A stretch of DNA of 12,604 nt, from NCBI GenBank assembly GCA_031411295.1, contig JANOAV010000203.1:1-12604 (forward strand), in the 5' to 3' direction. Positions 1 through 5,730 of this stretch are shown here, piece after piece (within the stretch, counting starts at the first letter, position 1; every line of letters starts with the position of its first letter). The position numbers and the translations under genes are program-made. The DNA comes from Verrucomicrobiales bacterium. GTDB taxonomy: Bacteria; Verrucomicrobiota; Verrucomicrobiia; Verrucomicrobiales; V1-33. The notes beneath the pieces are model-generated. The model was given only the letters and a program-made list of their open reading frames with translations. It searched no databases and had not been told where the DNA came from.

Positions 1-95
1 ACCTGTCCCTGCGTGCTTTGCGGACTGCGGATTAGGGCTTCAATGGTGACCTTTTCGTCGTTCGTTAAATTCAGCGGTTTGATGGAGCGGCTCAT
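1..95 (-). CDS. IS630-family transposase, N-terminus (partial)
   Basis: Hand translation from the ATG at 95 gives MSRSIKPLNLTNDEKVTIEALIRSPQSTQGQV, open to the window edge. It resembles the 'L-x-L-T-x-x-E-[RK]-x-x-L-x-x-x-x-R...Q' start of IS630 transposases. Only 31 codons are visible. Confidence 0.6.
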   Translation of the reverse strand, partial: MSRSIKPLNLTNDEKVTIEALIRSPQSTQGQ

Positions 96-138
96 CCCCA
101 CTTATTTCACATTTGTTAACTATTGCAAGTAAGCACTA
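1..138 (-). mobile_element. Left end of a probable IS630-family insertion sequence (truncated by window start)
   Basis: The minus strand reads CTAG-TGCTTACTTGCAATAGTTAACAAATGTGAAATAAGTGGGG-ATG. This is a CTAG/TA-type site (TA at 137-138), then an abruptly AT-rich ~40-nt leader, then a transposase-like ORF. IS630 elements duplicate TA, often within CTAG. The right end is not visible. Confidence 0.65.
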
Positions 139-1636
139 GAATAGTGCGGGCAGTGGGGTAGAGCATCGTGAGTAGCTCCACCGATGCCTTGGTGAGCATG
201 GCATTCACCAGCGGCAGTAGATTGGTTGCGTTGGACTCGGGTTTGTCGGCCTGGCTCCAAATCTGATCAATAAATTTCCGCATCTCCTGGACTACCGAAT
301 GCACTTTGTTGCGCCAATGGGGCGGGTGCTCTGCCTCCGCCCAGTCTCCGCGCCCACGGCCCCAGTGGCTGACGGCCAGATAGAACAGGAGGGAAGTTTC
401 GACTTGGGCCGCAAAATGTTCTTCGGTCCAGCGGACGTAATCTTTACCACCGCGCGCCAAGTTGTAGCCTTTGGCCAATAAATAGGATCCCGCACCTCCG
501 GCAAAAATTCCCAGGATGGTGCCGCCGCCCAGCGTCATGCCTCCGGTCTTGATATCGGCCGCCACGCCTACCGCTGCTCCGCTGAGAATTCCGCCCACGG
601 CGGTCCAGAGGCTTTCATTGACCTGCTGCGGCACGAGGAAATTTTCCTGACGCGACTTCTCCAAACGTTCCCGGTGGCTGCCAGTGAGTTCGTGCACGTG
701 GATCAATTCATTAGCCGCAGCTACGCTGCGTTCCGCCAGACGGGCGCTTAACTGGTCGCGCGCGCCATCCATTTCCTCGTTAAGGCTTTTGCGTCCCATC
801 CCCAACTTCTGCAGGAAAGATTCCTTGGAGACCGTGATGCGGTCCAGGAGAGAATCCGTCAGTTGCCTGGACAGGATTTCCATGGAGTTGGCGAAATTCT
901 GCTGCGCCTTGTTGCGCCAGGCCAATTTCAGTCGGCCAAACAATTCCACCTGACTTGGCTGAAGCAACGGTGTCAGCGTGTCCAGCAAGACGTGTTCCTG
1001 CACCCAGCAGCGGGCAAAGGCATCCAGGCCCAGGACGTTGCGCACCATGGGATAACGACGCAGGCTGATTTTCCATTCTTCAATGTCCAGTTCCTCTGCC
1101 AACGGCAGCTTGGGCGGCCCCATCTGATTGAGCAGCACCACAACGGGCTTCCCGATCCACTGCAGGATCTCCATTTCCATGGGCACGAAGGGCGAGTCGA
1201 CTGGCTTCTGCGAAGCATCCACTAAATACAGCACCACGTCCGCTTCCTGCTGGACGTTGCGCACGGCTTGTTGACTGCACCACACCGAACGATTGCGGAA
1301 CCGATCCCAAGTCTCCAAGATGAAGGCCCGCACCGGTTGTTGGGAACGTCGCAGACGCTTCACTAAAGTGGCCGTATTGCCGAAGCCGGGAGTATCCCAG
1401 AGCAACAACCGTTCGCCCGTGTCCAATTCCAGCATCGGATAGGCCTCGGCAATGTCAGTGACATGTTCCGCGTCGAGAATCTGCCCCACATCCCTCCTCA
1501 GCAGGGTGCGGGCCAGCGTGGTCTTCCCTACATTGGTATGGGAGATCAGGCTGATGCATACCCTGCCGGCATGTGCTGCCTCAGCCTGCTTGGGGGCAGG
1601 CGGGGAGGGAGCTGGAGTGGTTAACGTGTCAGTCAT
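116..1636 (-). CDS. GTPase domain / DUF3482-type membrane-associated protein
   Basis: 506 aa. G1 is SHTNVGKTT, G3 is LWDTPGFG, followed by DVVLYLVDA and a variant G4 (VLLNQ). The C-terminal half has a glycine-rich hydrophobic hairpin (AVGGILSGAAVGVAAD..GGMTLGGGTILG) and HWGRGRG. Confidence 0.85.
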   Translation of the reverse strand: MTDTLTTPAPSPPAPKQAEAAHAGRVCISLISHTNVGKTTLARTLLRRDVGQILDAEHVTDIAEAYPMLELDTGERLLLWDTPGFGNTATLVKRLRRSQQPVRAFILETWDRFRNRSVWCSQQAVRNVQQEADVVLYLVDASQKPVDSPFVPMEMEILQWIGKPVVVLLNQMGPPKLPLAEELDIEEWKISLRRYPMVRNVLGLDAFARCWVQEHVLLDTLTPLLQPSQVELFGRLKLAWRNKAQQNFANSMEILSRQLTDSLLDRITVSKESFLQKLGMGRKSLNEEMDGARDQLSARLAERSVAAANELIHVHELTGSHRERLEKSRQENFLVPQQVNESLWTAVGGILSGAAVGVAADIKTGGMTLGGGTILGIFAGGAGSYLLAKGYNLARGGKDYVRWTEEHFAAQVETSLLFYLAVSHWGRGRGDWAEAEHPPHWRNKVHSVVQEMRKFIDQIWSQADKPESNATNLLPLVNAMLTKASVELLTMLYPTARTILVLTCNS

Positions 1637-1721
1637 GGAGGGAAGTTAGGACTGTCGTATTGTGGCGCATCTTTCCCCTGCGGCAAGCGTGGAAAGTTTC
1701 CAGTTTGCTCCAGTGCTCAAC

Positions 1722-1877
1722 TCAACCGGCCTTGTCCTTCGGTGAATTTTTCCGCAACTGCTGATTCTGCCCGCCGACTCCGCCGCCAGGCGTTGCCTTG
1801 GAGAACTGGCCCTCGTCTTTGAACTCCTTTTGTAACCGCAACAACTCCGCCTTTAACTTAGCGATCGTCCGCCCCAC
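1722..1877 (-). pseudogene. 51-codon ORF, probable 3' gene remnant (sulfatase C-terminal tail-like) or small protein
   Basis: Hand translation from the GTG at 1877 to the TGA at 1724-1722 gives VGRTIAKLKAELLRLQKEFKDEGQFSKATPGGGVGGQNQQLRKNSPKDKAG. It has a protein-like amphipathic helix followed by a disordered charged tail. It is below the ORF track cutoff. Confidence 0.4.
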
Positions 1878-1891
1878 GTTGCCCGAAGCTG

Positions 1892-2377
1892 TCAGACCGG
1901 CGGGTCATCCATGCTTCGCCTGCTGGCTTCCACTTCCAGCGCAGAATACTCATAGCCATCCCGCAAGCATTGCCGGAGGTAAGCCCGAATGAACGCCCAT
2001 GGTCCGCCGAACCGTTGGTATTGCAGCGTGTGGACCAGTTCGTGATGGATCAACGCTGGCTGCTCGGCATACGGCTCGCAGGCGTAGATCCCATTTCCCA
2101 AGGCCATGCCCGCAGGATCCGGGCAACCCCACTGCCAGCGGTCCGCCAGGCGGAGCAAGATCGCAGGCAGGGGTAAGGGAATTCGCTCCACTGCTAACAC
2201 CCTCACGCGCTCTGGAGCCAGCACGCCGAGGCTATGGGCAAACGCGATTTCAGTGGGCCTCAGAGGTCGGCCCGTGTGTAAAATTTTCCGTTCCTGCTGC
2301 CGAATCCACCACGCCACGAAGGGGGCGAGAAATTCAGCCAAGAGGCAGGCGGCAACAGCTCTGAGCCAGCGGATCAT
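1892..2377 (-). CDS. HEXXH putative zinc metalloprotein (DUF4157-like), last gene of ars operon
   Basis: 161 aa with an N-terminal hydrophobic stretch, GMALGNGIY, HHELVHTLQY (HEXXH) and a downstream LEVEA. Its start overlaps the arsC stop (ATGA, 2374-2377). Confidence 0.75.
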   Translation of the reverse strand: MIRWLRAVAACLLAEFLAPFVAWWIRQQERKILHTGRPLRPTEIAFAHSLGVLAPERVRVLAVERIPLPLPAILLRLADRWQWGCPDPAGMALGNGIYACEPYAEQPALIHHELVHTLQYQRFGGPWAFIRAYLRQCLRDGYEYSALEVEASRRSMDDPPV

Positions 2378-2817
2378 GCCCCGCGCTTCAACTCGTCTTT
2401 GCGGCCATCCGCATAGGCTTGGAAGACCATCGCGATCTGATCCCGCACCTGGCGGAAGACCTCAAATTGCTCGTCCTCCGAGCCGGTGGCGTGGGCGGGG
2501 TCGATGAAACCCCAGTGGTGGCGATTCATTTGGCCGGGGAACATTGGGCAGACTTGATCAGCGTTGCCGCAGACAGTGATGACCGTTTCCACATCCCGCG
2601 TGAGGAATTCATCCAGATGCTTGGAGTGATGGGCGGAGATGTCGATGCCGATTTCTGCCATGGCTTTGATGGCGAGCGGATGCACATAGCCGGCGGGCTT
2701 GGAGCCAGCGCTGGCCACTTCCAGGAAGTTTCCGGCCGCTTGCCGCAGCAAGCCTTCGGCTAGGTGAGAGCGACAGGAATTTCCGGTGCAGAGGACGAGG
2801 ACGAGCGGTTTGTTCAT
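2374..2817 (-). CDS. arsC: Arsenate reductase, thioredoxin-coupled LMWP-phosphatase family
   Basis: P-loop CTGNSCRS, the redox Cys pair TVCGNADQVCP, HWGFIDPA and FRQVRDQI; ars context. Confidence 0.93.
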   Translation of the reverse strand: MNKPLVLVLCTGNSCRSHLAEGLLRQAAGNFLEVASAGSKPAGYVHPLAIKAMAEIGIDISAHHSKHLDEFLTRDVETVITVCGNADQVCPMFPGQMNRHHWGFIDPAHATGSEDEQFEVFRQVRDQIAMVFQAYADGRKDELKRGA

Positions 2818-2850
2818 AAAAGATCAGAAGTGTGGGGTTAAATGAAAACG

Positions 2851-3525
2851 TTATTCATTTCCCGTGCTGCAACATTGCCGGCCCCGCAGCAACCACGCGG
2901 TGGGCACGGCCAGTAATGCGCCCAGCGCGGGAGCGGTGAGATAGATCCAGAGGTGCTGCATCTGGCCACCCACCAAGGCGGGAGCCAGCGAGCGGGCGGG
3001 ATTCATGGACGCTCCGCAGATGGGCCCGGCAAACATGGCTTCCAGCCCAATGATACCCCCAATGGCGATGCCGGCGGTAATGCCTTTTTCCTTGGCTCCG
3101 CAGGAAACATTGAGAATCGCCAACATCAGGAACCAAGTGAGCAGAATTTCCAGCCAGAAACTCTGCATCTCGCTGCCTAATGGCAACGTTCCCCCCAAGG
3201 CCGGAGCGTCAGGAAATAGGGCCCGCAGCACTCCAGATGCCGCCAGGGCACCCGCAATTTGAGCGAGGATATAACCCGGCACCAGCGTCCAGGAGAAGCG
3301 TCCGGCGGCGGCAAATCCCAGGGTCACGGCAGGATTCAAATGGGCCCCACTGAGGTCACCAAAGGTATGAATCAACGCCATCACCACCAGACCAAAGGTA
3401 AGCGCGATGCCCACATGGCCCAGAGCCCCCGTCTGTTGATTGATGATAATGGCTCCCGTGCCTGCCAGCACCAGAATGAAGGTGCCCAGGAGTTCGGCTA
3501 GTAGTTCGCGTTTACGTTCGTCCAT
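2851..3525 (-). CDS. MIP-family aquaglyceroporin (AqpS/AqpN-like arsenite channel)
   Basis: 224 aa with AELLGTFILV, two NPA boxes (SGAHLNPAVT, GASMNPARS) and six hydrophobic segments; lies between arsR and arsC. Confidence 0.93.
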   Translation of the reverse strand: MDERKRELLAELLGTFILVLAGTGAIIINQQTGALGHVGIALTFGLVVMALIHTFGDLSGAHLNPAVTLGFAAAGRFSWTLVPGYILAQIAGALAASGVLRALFPDAPALGGTLPLGSEMQSFWLEILLTWFLMLAILNVSCGAKEKGITAGIAIGGIIGLEAMFAGPICGASMNPARSLAPALVGGQMQHLWIYLTAPALGALLAVPTAWLLRGRQCCSTGNE

Positions 3526-3541
3526 GGTGGTATGGGAAATT

Positions 3542-3925
3542 TTAGACGGTGGCCAAGCGACGGCGGGCCAGCTTGGGGAGGCATTTCGGACCCCGGCAAT
3601 CGCCTTCCTCGCGACGGGTCAAGCGAGCGAGTTTACGGGCGGTATCTTCCGTGATCAGAGGGGCTTCGGGGAATTGATTAAAGATGGCGGTCAGCAGGCG
3701 GCGGTAGGACTTTGCCACCTGGTAGTAAACCCACTTCTCGCAGCGTTCGCTATCCAACAGATCAGCCTTCCGGATGACTTGAAGGTGACTGGAAACGGTG
3801 GACTGGGGCAATTGCAGAATATCCGCCAATTCGCAGACGCACAAGGCATCTGCGAAGACCAACCGCAGAATCCGCCAGCGGGTTTCGTCGGCCAGTGCTT
3901 GGGCAAAGGTAATGGGATCATTCAT
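3542..3925 (-). CDS. arsR: ArsR/SmtB family As(III)-responsive repressor
   Basis: ALADETRWRIL, LCVCEL metal-binding box, QSTVSSHL HTH and WVYY. The start is placed at ATG 3925 because the TTG at 3961 is part of a TTGACA -35 box. Confidence 0.9.
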   Translation of the reverse strand: MNDPITFAQALADETRWRILRLVFADALCVCELADILQLPQSTVSSHLQVIRKADLLDSERCEKWVYYQVAKSYRRLLTAIFNQFPEAPLITEDTARKLARLTRREEGDCRGPKCLPKLARRRLATV

Positions 3926-3961
3926 CGGAAATACTCGTAACGAGAATTCTCGATTTGTCAA
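3926..3961 (-). promoter_or_regulatory. ars promoter/operator: TTGACA -35 plus two tandem CG-N8-CG operator-like boxes
   Basis: The minus strand reads TTGACA-AAT-CGAGAATTCTCG-TTA-CGAGTATTTCCG-ATG. The first box (3941-3952) is a perfect 12-bp palindrome. The second (3926-3937) is a 9/12 copy abutting the start codon. The -10 is weak. Confidence 0.7.
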
Positions 3962-4047
3962 TGGCGCACCGTGAGGCGTTGGGATCAGGAAGGTAGCAAT
4001 CGGTCGAACGACCCGATACGTTCACGGACTGAAGCCCCTGGAGCAAC

Positions 4048-4641
4048 TTACCAGAGGCTGAACCAGGGTTTGAGATAGGTTTGTTGCAGCCACTGAATCA
4101 AGTTCATCAGCAGCGGCAGCAGCCCCAACGCCCAGACGAACCAAACGACGCTGCCGAGGTGTTTCCGGAAGGTGATGGGATTGACCTCATATTTCTCCGG
4201 CTCTTGCAGCAGAGAAAGCTTGGGAAAGAAGGCGGGGACGGATTTCAGATACTGCTGGAATGGCTCCCCATGACGTTTGGCCAGTTCCGCTTCCTCCCCC
4301 TTGATGGTTCCGGGATAATAAAGGGCAAAGGCCAGCGCAATGATGGCCGGAATGGTGAAGGTGCCAGTGGCGCACCCCAAACCCACAGCTCCCAGCAGAC
4401 TGAAAAAATACAGCGGATTGCGACACATCCCATAGGGTCCGGTGGTTACCAGTTGAGCCTTTTTCCGCCCTGCAATATACATGGAGCACCACATCCGCCC
4501 CAGAGTGCCGATGCCCACGAGCACTGCGGCCAGCAGGAATAACCCCTTCGTCATGGCAGGACAAGCCGCCCAATGGCTATCGGTGAAGAACAGCAGGATG
4601 GCGACGGCTAGGACAAAGATACGGGAAACAAGGATTCTCAT
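4048..4641 (-). CDS. Isoprenylcysteine carboxyl methyltransferase / PEMT-family membrane methyltransferase
   Basis: Signature LVTTGPYGMCRNPLY, EEAEL..HGEPFQQY...VPAFFP and several TM segments. The start is either ATG 4641 or the upstream TTG 4680. The substrate is unknown (LmtA-like lipid methylation is possible). Confidence 0.85.
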   Translation of the reverse strand: MRILVSRIFVLAVAILLFFTDSHWAACPAMTKGLFLLAAVLVGIGTLGRMWCSMYIAGRKKAQLVTTGPYGMCRNPLYFFSLLGAVGLGCATGTFTIPAIIALAFALYYPGTIKGEEAELAKRHGEPFQQYLKSVPAFFPKLSLLQEPEKYEVNPITFRKHLGSVVWFVWALGLLPLLMNLIQWLQQTYLKPWFSLW

Positions 4642-4730
4642 GAGTAAGTAACGCGGGAAAAATCGGGTCGAGGCAGGCAATCATGGTGGGGGCGGTCGGG
4701 CATTTGTCCAACAGGAATTTCCTGCGGGAG

Positions 4731-4772
4731 CAGAAAGCAAACCGCCGCAGCCTTGGTTGACTGCGGCGGTTT
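4731..4772 (-). terminator. Rho-independent terminator
   Basis: 12-bp perfect inverted repeat AAACCGCCGCAG (4739-4750) / CTGCGGCGGTTT (4761-4772) with a 10-nt loop. On the minus strand it runs into TTTGCTTT, 27 nt after the stop of the HhH gene. Confidence 0.8.
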
Positions 4773-4799
4773 CCGATTTAGCGTTGACTCGGTGTCGAA

Positions 4800-5393
4800 T
4801 TAGGCGGCCTTCTTCTTGTCTGCCTTGGGGGCTTCCTTCTTATCTGCCTTGGGCGCTTCTTTTTTCTCTACCTTAGGCTCGGCTTTCTTTTCTTCCTTCT
4901 TGGGCTCAGCCTTGGCCTGGTCTCCCTTGATGAAGGTAAGAATGTTGCCGAAGGTGCCTTCGCCAATGCCTTCGACCATGATGAGGTCTTCGCCATTGGC
5001 GAATGGACGCTCCGCCACGATGGCCTTGGCTTTCACTTCACCCACGCCGTCCACGGTGGTCAGGGCTTTAATGTCGCCCTTGTTCGCAAATTCCATGAGT
5101 TTGGTTTTCTGCGTGGCGGTTAGCGCGTCCACTTGTTTCTTGGCTCCGGCTAGGAGGGCTTTGTCGTCGTCGCTCAGTTCCTCGGGCTTTTGCTTGCTCT
5201 TGGGAGTGGTTTTTTTCGCGGCCGGCTTGGCCTCTTCTTTGGCGGCGGCTTTTGCCGCAGGTTTGGCTTCTTCCTTGGCGGCAGGCTTCTTCGCTTCGGC
5301 GGCCGGCTTGGCTTCCTCAGTTTTCTTGGGGGCGGCGGGGCTGAGTGATGTGAAGAGGCCGAGGGCCAAGGTAAGCAGGATGGTTTTTTTCAT
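4800..5393 (-). CDS. Exported ComEA-like helix-hairpin-helix DNA-binding protein with K/A/P/E-rich tails
   Basis: Signal peptide MKKTILLTLALGLFTSLSPA, and two HhH motifs (LTTVDGVGEVKAKAI, LIMVEGIGEGTF) joined by RPF. A C/A-rich leader precedes ATG 5393. Confidence 0.85.
   Translation of the reverse strand: MKKTILLTLALGLFTSLSPAAPKKTEEAKPAAEAKKPAAKEEAKPAAKAAAKEEAKPAAKKTTPKSKQKPEELSDDDKALLAGAKKQVDALTATQKTKLMEFANKGDIKALTTVDGVGEVKAKAIVAERPFANGEDLIMVEGIGEGTFGNILTFIKGDQAKAEPKKEEKKAEPKVEKKEAPKADKKEAPKADKKKAA
4813..4860. repeat. 24-bp coding tandem repeat (2 copies)
   Basis: TTCTTGTCTGCCTTGGGGGCTTCC / TTCTTATCTGCCTTGGGCGCTTCT, encoding EAPKADKK twice. Confidence 0.8.
5218..5330. repeat. Degenerate coding repeats (EEAKPAA x3)
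   Basis: The protein reads TEEAKPAAEAKKPAAKEEAKPAAKAAAKEEAKPAAKK; GCCGGCTTGGC recurs in the DNA. Confidence 0.7.
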
Positions 5394-5730
5394 GGTTTGT
5401 TGTGGTTTATTGACTTGTTGGGTGTGGGTGATGCGGAATTTTCGCACTCCCTCGCTCTCGTGGTTAGCAAGTGATGTGCAAAATGTCTAGCTCAATAAGC
5501 GCTAATTGCGCTCACAATTCGTCTGACGATCTGCCTGCTCGGATATTCGATCTATCTCAATGAGTTAATTGTCATTCTGCCGAGCCAGCGCGGAGGCTCG
5601 TCTGAGTTCGCCCGCTGGAATTATCAGCACCGAAATCCATAATTGAAAATAATTGCAATTTTTAGAATGCAATTCGCTTGAGATTGGATAATATCGGAGT
5701 GATCCTCGAACCGATATTTCCCGAACCCGA

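Noticed and set aside
3999..4017. Small imperfect hairpin ATCGGTCGAACGACCCGAT downstream of the methyltransferase
   Set aside because: Short bulged stem without a U-tract; not enough to call a terminator.
4048..4641. Methyltransferase as an arsenite methyltransferase (arsM) in the ars operon
   Set aside because: It is an ICMT-type membrane enzyme, not the soluble Rossmann-fold ArsM, and lies upstream of the ars promoter.
4813..5330. Short repeats as a CRISPR array
   Set aside because: They are in-frame coding repeats with no spacers and no cas genes.
4816..5490. 224-aa plus-strand ORF
   Set aside because: Antisense shadow of the low-complexity HhH gene (S/F/L/A-rich mirror).
5508..5520. 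13-nt match (GAATTGTGAGCGC, minus strand) to the symmetric lac operator
   Set aside because: Only a half-site, with non-vector flanks and no LacI gene in the window; most likely chance.
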